Assembly: GCA_903907985.1 (NCBI GenBank)
Contig: CAIVQG010000030.1
Span: forward strand, 25,534 to 89,533
Origin: an uncultured delta proteobacterium
GTDB lineage: Bacteria; Desulfobacterota; Syntrophia; Syntrophales; Smithellaceae
Direction of reading: 5' to 3'
DNA: 64,000 bases
Shown one piece after another: positions 1 through 9,629 of this stretch. The position numbers and the translations under genes are program-made. The notes under the pieces are model-generated. The model was given only the letters and a program-made list of their open reading frames with translations. It was not told the origin of the DNA and did not search any database. Positions within the stretch are counted from its first letter, which is position 1. Every line of letters starts with the position of its first letter.

Positions 1-490
1 TGGCGAAGAATTAAGTCTGGTCTGTAAAAACCTTTTGAATACTTTCCGGCAACCCGTTCTGCTGGAAACTTATCTGCCCGGCCGCGAATTTACCGTCGGC
101 ATTTTAGGCACGGGCAAAGATGCCCGAGCGCTGGGAGCGATAGAAGTCATCTTGCGGCCAACAGCAGAAAAAAACGCTTATTCCTATGAAAATAAGGAAA
201 ATTATGAAAAGCTCGTGCAATATGTTCTAGTAGATGATGCTGAGGCCAGGCAAGCCATGGAAATATCGCTGGCCGCCTGGCGCGGTTTGGATTTAAAAGA
301 CGCCGGCCGGGTAGATTTACGTTCCGATATTCACGGAGTGCCCAATTTTATGGAAGTTAATGCGTTGGCTGGATTAAATCCTGTGCGTTCGGATCTGCCC
401 ATTTTATGCAATCTGCTGGGCGTCACTTACCATGAATTGATCAGTTCCATAATTGCATCTGCCTTACAGCGTGCGGAAATAAACAAATAG
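1..490 (+). CDS. ATP-grasp enzyme of the D-alanine--D-alanine ligase family (C-terminal part; the 5' end lies outside the window)
   Basis: The reading frame is open from nt 2 to the window edge. The C-terminal ATP-grasp sequence is Ddl-like: LLETYLPGREFTVGILG ... GRVDLRSD ... FMEVNALAGL. Confidence 0.75.
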   Translation, partial: GEELSLVCKNLLNTFRQPVLLETYLPGREFTVGILGTGKDARALGAIEVILRPTAEKNAYSYENKENYEKLVQYVLVDDAEARQAMEISLAAWRGLDLKDAGRVDLRSDIHGVPNFMEVNALAGLNPVRSDLPILCNLLGVTYHELISSIIASALQRAEINK

Positions 491-529
491 CAATCAATGT
501 CCGATAAAAATAACTTTCCGGAAGGTCAC

Positions 530-1513
530 ATGAAAAAAGCCATAATCCTCCACAGCGATGTGCCGCCTAATGCCAGCGAAGATGAACTCGATTGCCTGCG
601 ACAGGCTGATACAATTGCCGAAGCGCTCCGCGAGCTTGGTTATGATCCTGTTTTATTGCCTTTTGTACTTGATTTGAATCGGACAATAGAGGCAATGAAA
701 ACAATGCAGCCCGAATTTGTTTTCAATCTCGTGGAGACGATCAACGGCAAGGGCAGTCTTATACATTTTGCGCCGTCACTTTTGGATTATCTGAATATTC
801 CTTTTACCGGTTGTGGTACCGATGCCATGTTTCTTACGTCCAATAAACCTTTAACCAAGGAAATGATGCAAAGTGCGGGAATTGCCACACCGCCTTGGAT
901 TTCGTCTCGTGGCGTTTACGCCGGGAATGCGCCGTCGAACACTTATCTCCTGAAAGCATCCTGGGAAGATGCTTCCGTTGGCCTGGACGAAAATTCCATT
1001 TTCACCCTCAACGATAAAACAGATGTCGTCGCTCTCATGGCTGATCGTAAGAAAAATATTGGTGGTCCTTGTTTTGCCGAAGCATACATTGACGGGCGTG
1101 AATTTAATATGGCGCTGATTGCCGGAAAGTCCGGAGTGCAAGCTCTGCCGCCTGCCGAAATGCAGTTTATTGGATATGAGCCGGAAAAATTAAAACTGCT
1201 GGATTACAATGCTAAGTGGGTAGAGGGAACCTTTGAATACGAGAATACTGCCCGGACGATGGATTTCTCATCCGAGGATGATGCCTTAATCGCCGACTTA
1301 CAGGATATTGCGAAACGTTGCTGGAATCTCTTTGGGTTGCGCGGCTATGCCCGGGTTGATTTCCGCATAGATAAAAACGGGAAGCCCTGGGTGCTGGAAA
1401 TAAATGCCAACCCCTGTTTATCTCTCGAGGCGGGATTTGCCTTTGCCGTTGAGCGGGCAGGGTTGAAATATTCCGAAGCAATTGCATTGATTATTGCTGA
1501 TGCATTAAGATGA
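530..1513 (+). CDS. ATP-grasp domain protein (D-Ala-D-Ala ligase-like paralogue)
   Basis: The ORF spans 497..1513. I prefer the ATG at 530 (MKKAIILHSD) because GGAAGG sits 5 nt upstream. ATP-grasp C-terminal motifs are present: AEAYIDGREFNMALI, GYARVDFRID, VLEINANPCL. Confidence 0.75.
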   Translation: MKKAIILHSDVPPNASEDELDCLRQADTIAEALRELGYDPVLLPFVLDLNRTIEAMKTMQPEFVFNLVETINGKGSLIHFAPSLLDYLNIPFTGCGTDAMFLTSNKPLTKEMMQSAGIATPPWISSRGVYAGNAPSNTYLLKASWEDASVGLDENSIFTLNDKTDVVALMADRKKNIGGPCFAEAYIDGREFNMALIAGKSGVQALPPAEMQFIGYEPEKLKLLDYNAKWVEGTFEYENTARTMDFSSEDDALIADLQDIAKRCWNLFGLRGYARVDFRIDKNGKPWVLEINANPCLSLEAGFAFAVERAGLKYSEAIALIIADALR

Positions 1514-1517
1514 TTTT

Positions 1518-2009
1518 ATGAACATTTCCCGGATAACATACCGTCAGCAGATTAAACCATCCGATTTGGAGGCAATTGCCAGAATAGTAAAGTCGAGCAG
1601 CTTTTTTTCCGCCGCCGAAATTGATCTGGCTTGTGAACTCGCGGCCGAAAAACTCTCGGACGGGAATGCCTGCTCTTACCAGTTTCTGTTTGGTGAAAAT
1701 GAAAATTTTGTCTGGGGGTATACCTGTTTCGGTTTGATTCCGGCCACTGCCGGCAGTTACGATCTTTATTGGATTGCCGTGGATGATCATTTACGTGCTG
1801 GAGGCCTGGGCAAACAACTGCTGAAAAAAACGGAAGAAATTATCCAGAATGCTGGCGGTTCGCATATTTATGTGGAAACATCTTCCCGCCATCAATACCA
1901 AACAACTCACAAGTTTTATGAAATTTGCGGATACCTTGAGGAGGCTCTCCTGAAAGATTTTTATGCCGCAGGTGACAGTAAAGTTATCTATTCTAAAGTC
2001 ATCATATAA
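1518..2009 (+). CDS. GNAT family N-acetyltransferase
   Basis: 163 aa. It carries an acetyl-CoA-binding style motif, IAVDDHLRAGGLGKQLL. It starts 4 nt after the stop of the upstream ATP-grasp gene. Confidence 0.7.
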   Translation: MNISRITYRQQIKPSDLEAIARIVKSSSFFSAAEIDLACELAAEKLSDGNACSYQFLFGENENFVWGYTCFGLIPATAGSYDLYWIAVDDHLRAGGLGKQLLKKTEEIIQNAGGSHIYVETSSRHQYQTTHKFYEICGYLEEALLKDFYAAGDSKVIYSKVII

Positions 2010-2171
2010 TTATCTTTTTTGTCGTTATGTTATCTGATCCGGCATCGCTTACTGCTCTTAAATGTAATTCCTGCCCCAGCTTAAAAATCTTGCAATTTTC
2101 TTTATAATCCGCTAGAGCACACCGTGAATTAATAATTATATTTCGCTTTTAACCCTAAGGAGGGTTTATTC

Positions 2172-2792
2172 ATGCGTTTATTTCCCAAAGAAGAAAAATT
2201 TTTCGATTATTTTGAAGAATTAGCCAATAAAATAGTAGAAGGTAGCCGCTTTTTCCTGGCCATGACCGAAAACCACGATTATTCGGAATCTAATATTGCC
2301 AAACTCAAAGAACTGGAGCATGAAGCGGATGTGATTACCCATCGCACTTATGAAAAAATGCACACAACCTTTCTCACGCCGCTGGATCGTGAAGATATCC
2401 ACGCTTTAGTCAATAAAATGGATAGCATCATGGATATGATTGAAGCCACTGCTGTGCGGATCTATCTCTACAAAGTAAAAAAACCCGATGATGAAATTAT
2501 CAAGCAGGCTAAAATTTTAAATGAAGCAGTCGCTAAAGTAAAAATCATCATTCATGCCTTGCGCGATATGAAGAATGCCAAAATGATTCTGGAGGCTTGT
2601 GTCGAAATTAACACATTGGAAAATGCCGGTGATGTTGTTTTGCGAACCATAATTGCCGATCTCTTTGTGAAAGAAAAAGATGCCATTGAGCTAATGAAAT
2701 GGAAAGAGATCTTTGAGCGCATCGAAGAAGCTCTTGATGTGTGCGAGGATGTTTCCAATATTGTGGAAGGGATCGTCTTAAAACATGCTTGA
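2172..2792 (+). CDS. PhoU-like phosphate transport regulator (DUF47/YkaA family)
   Basis: A 206-aa all-helical protein. It overlaps the downstream Pit gene by 8 nt (ATGCTTGA). An AGGAGGG RBS lies upstream. The pairing with Pit is typical of DUF47. Confidence 0.75.
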   Translation: MRLFPKEEKFFDYFEELANKIVEGSRFFLAMTENHDYSESNIAKLKELEHEADVITHRTYEKMHTTFLTPLDREDIHALVNKMDSIMDMIEATAVRIYLYKVKKPDDEIIKQAKILNEAVAKVKIIIHALRDMKNAKMILEACVEINTLENAGDVVLRTIIADLFVKEKDAIELMKWKEIFERIEEALDVCEDVSNIVEGIVLKHA

Positions 2793-3786
2793 TTCCATGG
2801 GGTTTGTAATTTTTCTGGTTGCTGTAGCCCTAGTATTTGATTTTATTAATGGTTTTCATGATTCGGCAAATTCCATTTCTACCGTTGTTTCCACTCGTGT
2901 TCTTTCTCCGAAATATGCTGTCCTCTGGGCGGCTTTTTTTAACTTTGCGGCTGTTTTTTTTGTAGGCACATCAGTTGCGTATACCGTCGGCAAGGGAATA
3001 ATCCATCTGGATAGTGTTGATAATTTATTGATTCTTTCAGCTTTGTGCGGCGCCATTATCTGGAATCTCACCACCTGGTATTACGGACTTCCCAGCAGCT
3101 CTTCCCACGCCCTGATTGGCGGTCTTATAGGGGCTGGTATTGCCAAAGCCGGCACCAACACTTTGGTATGGTCAGGCATTGTGAAAACAAGTATTTTTAT
3201 CATTGTTTCCCCTGCCATTGGTATGGTCTTAGGTTTTGGTTTTATGGTTCTTTCCTTAAATTTAAACCGCTATTCCAATATGGCTCGTTCGGATAAGCTG
3301 TACCGGAAATTACAGCTTGTTTCCGCAGCGGTCTATTCGTTGGGACACGGCATGAATGACGCTCAAAAAACCATGGGAATAATTGCGATGGCTCTTTTCA
3401 GCAAGGGGCTTCTCGGTGACACTTTTCATATTCCCCTCTGGGTTGTTATTGCCTGCTATACGGTGATTTCGATGGGAACTATGTTCGGCGGCTGGCGCAT
3501 CGTGAAAACAATGGGCACAAAGATTACTAAATTGCAGCCCATTGGCGGCTTTAGCGCTGAAACAGCTGCTGCCTGTTCTATTATCGGCGCATCTATTGCC
3601 GGAATACCCGTCAGCACCACTCATACTATTACCGGCGCCATTGTTGGTGTCGGCGCGACTCATCGCCTTAATGCCGTACGGTGGGGTGTCGCCGGCAATA
3701 TTGTCTGGGCTTGGGTATTAACCATTCCGATTGCCGCACTTATTTCCGCGCTCATTTACCGGGCGCTAAAGTATTTTATTGGGTAA
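2785..3786 (+). CDS. pit: Inorganic phosphate transporter, PiT family
   Basis: A 333-aa polytopic membrane protein with the duplicated PiT signature GFHDSANSI near the N-terminus and GMNDAQKTMGII in the second half. Confidence 0.85.
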   Translation: MLDSMGFVIFLVAVALVFDFINGFHDSANSISTVVSTRVLSPKYAVLWAAFFNFAAVFFVGTSVAYTVGKGIIHLDSVDNLLILSALCGAIIWNLTTWYYGLPSSSSHALIGGLIGAGIAKAGTNTLVWSGIVKTSIFIIVSPAIGMVLGFGFMVLSLNLNRYSNMARSDKLYRKLQLVSAAVYSLGHGMNDAQKTMGIIAMALFSKGLLGDTFHIPLWVVIACYTVISMGTMFGGWRIVKTMGTKITKLQPIGGFSAETAAACSIIGASIAGIPVSTTHTITGAIVGVGATHRLNAVRWGVAGNIVWAWVLTIPIAALISALIYRALKYFIG

Positions 3787-3829
3787 ATTACGTTCTTAAT
3801 AATTTAATACAACAAGGAGTTGACCTTCC

Positions 3830-5095
3830 ATGGCGGAAAAAGAACTGCCGTTTACAAAAAATCAACTTGTAGAAATAATTAAAAAATATCCTACACCGTT
3901 CCACATTTATGATGAAAAAGCTATCCGTGAGAACGCGCGCGAATTTAAAAATGCCTTTTCCTGGAATGAAGGGTTTAAAGAATTTTTTGCCGTTAAAGCC
4001 GCCCCCAATCCCCATCTCCTGAAAATTCTCCACAAGGAAGGTTTTGGAGCGGACTGCAGCTCGCTGGCGGAATTAATTCTGGCCGAAAAGACCGGCATCA
4101 CCGGCGAAGAAATCATGTTTACTTCTAACGATACCCCGGTAGACGAATTTGTTAAAGCCAAAAAATTGCAAGCTATCATGAACCTGGATGACTTAAGCCA
4201 CATTGCTTATCTGGAAAAATATGCCGGCCTTCCTTCTTTAATTTGTTTTCGATACAATCCCGGTCCCCTGAAAAAAGGAAATCTGATTATCGGCCATCCG
4301 GAAGAAGCTAAATATGGTTTCACCCGGGAGCAGCTATTTGAGGGTTATAAAATCTGCCGTGATAAAGGTGTAAAGCGTTTCGGTATTCATACCATGGTTG
4401 CCTCCAATGAGCTCGATGCCGGTTATTTTGCGGAAACGGCTCAAATTCTTTTTGAACTTATTGCCGAGCTGAGTCGCGAGCTGAACATTAGTTTTGAATT
4501 TGTTAATCTGGGCGGTGGTGTCGGAATTCCTTATCGACCGGAACAAAAGCGTATTGATCTGAAAGCAATGAGCCTTGGTATTAAAGAAAAATATGAGAAG
4601 ATTATTGTGGCCAATGGCTTAGGTCCGATCAAGATTTACACCGAATGCGGCCGGTATATCACCGGTCCGTATGGTTATTTGATTGCCCGGGTTTTGCATA
4701 TCAAAAATACTTATAAAAAATTTGCCGGTCTGGATGCCTGCATGGCCAATTTGATGCGCCCGGCTCTTTATGGAGCTTACCACCACATTACCGTTCTGGG
4801 CAAAGAGAAACAAACACCTGCTGTTGTCTATGATGTAACCGGTTCGCTGTGTGAGAATAACGACAAGTTTGCCATCGATCGGGAATTGCCCGAACTGGAA
4901 AGAGACGACATTATCGCTATCCATGATGCGGGAGCCCACGGTTTTGCAATGGGCTTTAATTATAACGGCAAACTCCGTTCGGCAGAGCTGCTGCTGCGAG
5001 AGAATGGAGAAGTGATTCCGATTCGCCGTCCCGAGACTACTGATGATTATTTTGCTACTTTGGATTTTGCTGGATTGCTGTCTTTTCCGGTTTGA
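3830..5095 (+). CDS. lysA: Diaminopimelate decarboxylase family enzyme (fold-type III PLP decarboxylase)
   Basis: 421 aa. Motifs: YPTPFHIYDE, the PLP-lysine context FFAVKAAPNP, GGGVGIPY, and CENNDKF near the C-terminus. Substrate assignment (DAP versus another diamino acid) is not certain. Confidence 0.65.
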   Translation: MAEKELPFTKNQLVEIIKKYPTPFHIYDEKAIRENAREFKNAFSWNEGFKEFFAVKAAPNPHLLKILHKEGFGADCSSLAELILAEKTGITGEEIMFTSNDTPVDEFVKAKKLQAIMNLDDLSHIAYLEKYAGLPSLICFRYNPGPLKKGNLIIGHPEEAKYGFTREQLFEGYKICRDKGVKRFGIHTMVASNELDAGYFAETAQILFELIAELSRELNISFEFVNLGGGVGIPYRPEQKRIDLKAMSLGIKEKYEKIIVANGLGPIKIYTECGRYITGPYGYLIARVLHIKNTYKKFAGLDACMANLMRPALYGAYHHITVLGKEKQTPAVVYDVTGSLCENNDKFAIDRELPELERDDIIAIHDAGAHGFAMGFNYNGKLRSAELLLRENGEVIPIRRPETTDDYFATLDFAGLLSFPV

Positions 5096-5216
5096 TAAAT
5101 TCCGACTTTTGACGAATTAAACAAATATTTTCAGGTGTGGCCTTACCCCTCGTTTTTTAAAAAAGTTGCTTACAGGCCATTTTAGAAGGTCAGTTTTCTG
5201 GTGCAAAAATCTTCTT

Positions 5217-7082
5217 TTATTCCTGACCCTTATACGCTTCGCTGTCCCAAGCATGGTCATGGATATTGGGAACAACCTCGCGGTCATTAGCCAATAATTC
5301 TTCCTGAATGGAAATCTGTTCGCGGGTTTGGAAAATATAATCTGATTGATCATGGCGGTGCGCTGCCAGCAGACGCAGGGCCTCTTCATCATATTTGATG
5401 AAGTTTTGACCGGCCCGTGTGGCGGTATATTTGCGAAAGCCAAGTTTGATTAGAGCATCGACGCCCAGGCGTACGGAAGTATCCAGAGACTCGCGGTAGA
5501 TATTTTCAACGCCGGCGTCCAGCAGTTCATAGGCGTCCAGTCGGCTCTTTGCACGCACCATAACGGTAAGGTTAGGAAATTCCTGTTTTGTTTTATCTAC
5601 CAGATCCAAATTAATTTCGGGAGAGTCAATGGCGGCAATTAATAATCTGGCCTGATCCGCACCGGCTGATTTCAAAATATCCAGACGAGTGGCGTCTCCA
5701 TAAAAAACCGTGAAGCCCATATTTCTTAAAAGTTCGACCCGGTCCGAATCATTGTCCAGAATGGTAGCGTTAATGCCACTGGCCCGCAAAAAGCGGCCAA
5801 TCGTACTGCCAAAATGTCCAAATCCCGCAATAATCACGGGGTGCTCGCTTTCAATATAATCAGCCTGACTTTCTTCCACCGCCTCTCTTGTTCCTAATTG
5901 CGGCAGGATCAGGCGCTCATTGAGCAACAGCAACAAAGGCGTGACCGTCATGCTGATGGCCGTCACCCCCATCATCACATCACTGGCCCGCGCGGATATA
6001 ATATGAAGTTGGGCGATGAACGCGAACAGGACAAACGCGAACTCGCCGACCTGTCCCAATCCTAAGGAAAAGATCATGTTCTGATCAAAACTTAAGCCGG
6101 AGATTTTTCCGGTTGCATACAGGACCAGAGATTTTATGGCGATGACACCGCAGACCAGGGCCATAATCTCCAGGGGATTATCGATAATCAGTTTAAAGTT
6201 GATGGATGCACCGACGGCGATAAAAAATAATCCCAGCAAGATACCCTTAAAAGGTTCGATATCGCTTTCCAGCTCATGCCGGAACTCGCTTGTGGCTAAA
6301 ACCAATCCGGCCAGAAACGTACCCAAGGCCGGGCTTAAACCAACCAGTATCATTAAATACGCCGTTCCGATCACAATGAGCAAAGACGCCGCCGTAAAAA
6401 GTTCCCGCAGCCGAATGCGGGCGATAAAGCGCAGGAAAGGCACAAACACAAAATGGCCGATTAGCACAACAGCATTGACGGCAATTAACAATGTTACTGT
6501 CTGGGCCCATCCGGGCAATCCCGTAAGAAATGTAGACTGTCCGCCGGACGGCGCATGTGTCGCGGATGCAGCCAGCAGCGGCAAAAGCGCCAGAATGGGG
6601 ATTACGACAATATCTTGAAAAAGAAGCACGGCAAAAGAACTTTTTCCGGCTTGGGTTTTGGTCAGTCCCTTTTCCCGTAATGTCTGCATGACAATTGCTG
6701 TGGAAGACATGGCCAGAGCCAGGCCGCAGGCCAGTGCCGCGGGCCAGGTGAATCCGATAATTGACAGAATAGCAAAACACAGCAGCGTGGTTGCGCCCAT
6801 CTGCATAATTCCGGTACCCAGAATCAATTTGCGCATCCGCCAGAACTTTTCCGGTTCCAACTCCAGGCCGATAAGGAAAAGCATCATCACCACTCCGAAT
6901 TCGGCAAAGTGCATGATGTCCTTGCCTTCTGCACCGACAAAACCGAAGAAAAAAGGGCCAATAATAATACCGCCGATGAGATAGCCCAGAACAGAGCCCA
7001 TACCCATTTTCTTGGCAATCGGCACAAAAACGACCGCGGCCGCCAGATAAATCAATGCATCATGTAAAAAGGCACTACTCAT
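5217..7082 (-). CDS. kefC: Glutathione-regulated K+ efflux antiporter, KefB/KefC type (CPA2 with a C-terminal KTN/RCK domain)
   Basis: 621 aa. The N-terminal half is polytopic, followed by a Rossmann-type segment, VIIAGFGHFGSTIGRFL. It overlaps the upstream ancillary gene by 8 nt (ATGAGTAG). Confidence 0.85.
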   Translation of the reverse strand: MSSAFLHDALIYLAAAVVFVPIAKKMGMGSVLGYLIGGIIIGPFFFGFVGAEGKDIMHFAEFGVVMMLFLIGLELEPEKFWRMRKLILGTGIMQMGATTLLCFAILSIIGFTWPAALACGLALAMSSTAIVMQTLREKGLTKTQAGKSSFAVLLFQDIVVIPILALLPLLAASATHAPSGGQSTFLTGLPGWAQTVTLLIAVNAVVLIGHFVFVPFLRFIARIRLRELFTAASLLIVIGTAYLMILVGLSPALGTFLAGLVLATSEFRHELESDIEPFKGILLGLFFIAVGASINFKLIIDNPLEIMALVCGVIAIKSLVLYATGKISGLSFDQNMIFSLGLGQVGEFAFVLFAFIAQLHIISARASDVMMGVTAISMTVTPLLLLLNERLILPQLGTREAVEESQADYIESEHPVIIAGFGHFGSTIGRFLRASGINATILDNDSDRVELLRNMGFTVFYGDATRLDILKSAGADQARLLIAAIDSPEINLDLVDKTKQEFPNLTVMVRAKSRLDAYELLDAGVENIYRESLDTSVRLGVDALIKLGFRKYTATRAGQNFIKYDEEALRLLAAHRHDQSDYIFQTREQISIQEELLANDREVVPNIHDHAWDSEAYKGQE

Positions 7083-7689
7083 GGTTTAATTGCTCTTTAT
7101 CCGTTAAAAGCCAATCGTTAAGATACTCATACTGTCGAACGTTTTCCAGGTGCGGCTCATCATTAGATAATCGTTGCAGAAGCAGGCGGTACAAGCGAGC
7201 GTATTCGACCAGTTGTTGATCGGTCAGCAGGTGCGTACTGTGAACGACAAAAGGCGGTATATAAATCATCTTGCACAGCGCGGCGGTTTGTTCCCAGGGA
7301 ACAAGAAGCTCGCGCAGTGTAAAACGATTGTGTTCATTGTGCGCGTAAGATTCTCTGGCACCTCCGGCCGTCAGAGCGTTAAAGATTGTTTTATCTTTCA
7401 GGGCGTTCCCCCGGGAGCCGTGTGCCCAGCCATATTCCAGTACGACATCTATCCACTGTTTGAGCATTGCCGGCGCGCTGTACATATATAAAGGATAGTG
7501 CCAGATGATGATATCATGTTCCGTGAGCAGTGCTTTTTCGCTCGCGACATTAATATTGAAATCAGGATACCTCTCGTAGAGATCATTAAGAGTAATACCG
7601 GGCTGTTCTTCAATTTTATCTAAGAGAAAACGATTTGTCCGTGATTTCTCAAAACGCGGATGAGCCAAAAGTATAAGGATTTTTTTCAT
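7075..7689 (-). CDS. kefG: Kef ancillary NAD(P)H oxidoreductase (KefG/KefF flavodoxin-like)
   Basis: 204 aa. The segments ILILLAHPRFEKSRTN ... DLYERYPDFNINV ... HYPLYMYSAPAMLKQWID resemble KefG. It is translationally coupled to the antiporter. Confidence 0.8.
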   Translation of the reverse strand: MKKILILLAHPRFEKSRTNRFLLDKIEEQPGITLNDLYERYPDFNINVASEKALLTEHDIIIWHYPLYMYSAPAMLKQWIDVVLEYGWAHGSRGNALKDKTIFNALTAGGARESYAHNEHNRFTLRELLVPWEQTAALCKMIYIPPFVVHSTHLLTDQQLVEYARLYRLLLQRLSNDEPHLENVRQYEYLNDWLLTDKEQLNHE

Positions 7690-7813
7690 GGAATGCTCTT
7701 AAGTTGTGTTGTAATACCAACAAAGCCAGAGAATAATTAATAGAAACTTGCTTTTACGATAAAGAAGTATAAGGAAAACAAAATTGGCTGTCAATGAAAA
7801 GCTGGCATTGCAT

Positions 7814-8110
7814 TCAGCGACGGTATTTTTTGTAGCCGCACCATACCCAGAAGACGCCCCACGCAGCAGCCACAGGTCCCAAGCCGACATAGAGAAACAA
7901 AATTGCGTTGCTCTCCCATGGTTGCAGAAAGGCGGCCGAGCCGGCGATCCAGAAGATAGTGATCAGGATGGCCAGACGTATCCATCCTGTGAGTGCCGGC
8001 AGCAGTCTAATGTTATTTCGTTCGGGTGTGGGCACGGATTTTCTGCCCATAAATCGGGGAAGGAACAATATCGCCAGGGCGATCGCCGCCACAACCAGAA
8101 ATTCTTGCAT
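7814..8110 (-). CDS. Small integral membrane protein, unknown function
   Basis: 98 aa with three hydrophobic helices. It sits directly upstream of kefG on the same strand. I recognise no family. Confidence 0.45.
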   Translation of the reverse strand: MQEFLVVAAIALAILFLPRFMGRKSVPTPERNNIRLLPALTGWIRLAILITIFWIAGSAAFLQPWESNAILFLYVGLGPVAAAWGVFWVWCGYKKYRR

Positions 8111-8285
8111 ATCTAAACCTCTTTACATAAACTCTACCGATTACCTGATGGTTCCCAGACAATCCGGCGGACTGGCTATAGCACAGATTTATCAATAATC
8201 CTATTATTTGCAAAGAACCGTTGACAAATTTGTAGATAATAAGCAACGTTGATTTGACATTTAATATCAGGAAAGGAGATTTCTT

Positions 8286-8912
8286 ATGGATCGTTTAAAC
8301 AGAATCATTGTCGTTGTTGCTTTTGCATTAATCATGATGGGAGTCCTGCCCTTGACAGCTGTCGCGGGCTCGGAATCGTCTTCTTCCATCGAGCCGATTT
8401 TTCAGAAAGCAAAACAGGATTACTTGCAGAAAAAAATCAATTCCTCGGCCCAACAGATTAAAAAGGGAGCAGCTTATATGGAATCTCAAGCTCAAGAAGC
8501 GTCGGCAAAGGGGAAGGAGGCTTTGACAGCATCGGCGCAGGAATTGGAAAAACTGGCGGATGATGTAAAAAAAGGAGCGGTAACCTCGGAAAAAAGAATG
8601 GAAGAATCATTTGCTCGTGCCTATCTTGCGTTGGCAGTAGATGCCCATATTAAATCAACTGAATCATGGACTCGGAAAGAGGCAGCAAAGGCCGGGGCAG
8701 CCCTTGATTTGGCCAATAAACATTTAGAAAAAAGCTTTACCTGGGCCGGGCAGAAAGTAGAAAAAAGTACACAGGATGTGATGAAAAAATCTGATGAGAT
8801 TTCACTGAAATTACAGAAAAAAAGCAACTTGATTGCGGAAGATGTCGGCAACAGATTGAAAGACGCGGGAAACGAAATTGAAAAATTCGGAAAAAGAATT
8901 GCTCCCCGGTAA
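8286..8912 (+). CDS. Secreted helical protein, unknown function
   Basis: 208 aa. An N-terminal signal peptide (VVVAFALIMMGVLPLTAVAG) is followed by K/E/A-rich helical sequence. A GGAAAGGAG RBS lies upstream. Confidence 0.55.
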   Translation: MDRLNRIIVVVAFALIMMGVLPLTAVAGSESSSSIEPIFQKAKQDYLQKKINSSAQQIKKGAAYMESQAQEASAKGKEALTASAQELEKLADDVKKGAVTSEKRMEESFARAYLALAVDAHIKSTESWTRKEAAKAGAALDLANKHLEKSFTWAGQKVEKSTQDVMKKSDEISLKLQKKSNLIAEDVGNRLKDAGNEIEKFGKRIAPR

Positions 8913-8983
8913 GATAGTAAAATAGTCTATGAGTTGCAGGGACTGACGCCGGAAGAAATCCCTATCGTGGGTGGAAGCCGAGT

Positions 8984-9015
8984 ATAGAACAAGGGGCTGC
9001 AACCCCTGTTCTTAT
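8984..9015. terminator. Hairpin between convergent genes (likely a bidirectional terminator)
   Basis: GAACAAGGGG-ctgcaa-CCCCTGTTC lies between the 8912 and 9051 gene ends. The flanks are T/A-rich. Confidence 0.5.
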
Positions 9016-9050
9016 ACATCTCTCCATATAAGCAGAGTGTTAGATTTATA

Positions 9051-9515
9051 TTATTTATAGCCGGATTTCTTGCCCGTTATCTTTTCAATTTTGACACTCA
9101 GAACTGTTACTTTTTCTAATGCTTCGGTTGCATAGGAAAAATCTTTTTGTTCGGAATATTTCTCCATAAGGTAATCCAGAGCCTGCTTTTTTTCATTCTC
9201 TTCTTCCAGAAAAAACGCGCGGCCAAATCCGATCACGCTCAAATATCTGGTGCCCCAGGTACAGGGCACATCTCCCGGAACGATTTCTATATCCATATCA
9301 ATTTCAAAACACACCCGGTTATTCTTTCGGAGAATATCGATTTTTCTGCCTTTCGAGCTGGAGTGAAAATAGAGATAATTGTTGCGGACAACAAAATTAA
9401 CCGGAATGATATACGGATGATCGTTATCAGCAAGAGCAATCCGGCAGACGGCGGCCTTTTCCATAATTGCCGCAATTTCCTGGCTGTCTGTAATTTCTTT
9501 ATCGGACCTCAGCAT
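9051..9515 (-). CDS. Pyridoxamine 5'-phosphate oxidase family (FMN-binding split-barrel) protein
   Basis: 154 aa. The segment AAVCRIALADNDHPYIIPVNFVVRNNYLYFHSSSKGRKIDIL is typical of the PNPOx/NimA-like family. Confidence 0.65.
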   Translation of the reverse strand: MLRSDKEITDSQEIAAIMEKAAVCRIALADNDHPYIIPVNFVVRNNYLYFHSSSKGRKIDILRKNNRVCFEIDMDIEIVPGDVPCTWGTRYLSVIGFGRAFFLEEENEKKQALDYLMEKYSEQKDFSYATEALEKVTVLSVKIEKITGKKSGYK

Positions 9516-9629
9516 TCACTTCCTCCCTGGAAAAAATATTAACAAGAAAACTTGCTATATTCCCATTACTTATGATAAAAAATCCATAAGTATTTAGCTT
9601 CTGAGTGTTCTTTTGGAAAAGGAGTTTAC

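Noticed and set aside
2060-2130. A sigma-70 promoter for the PhoU-like/Pit operon (a perfect TATAAT near 2113).
   Set aside because: The -10 is perfect, but the best -35 at 17-18 nt spacing is only CTTAAA/GCTTAA, and I saw no Pho box. It is too weak to list as a feature.
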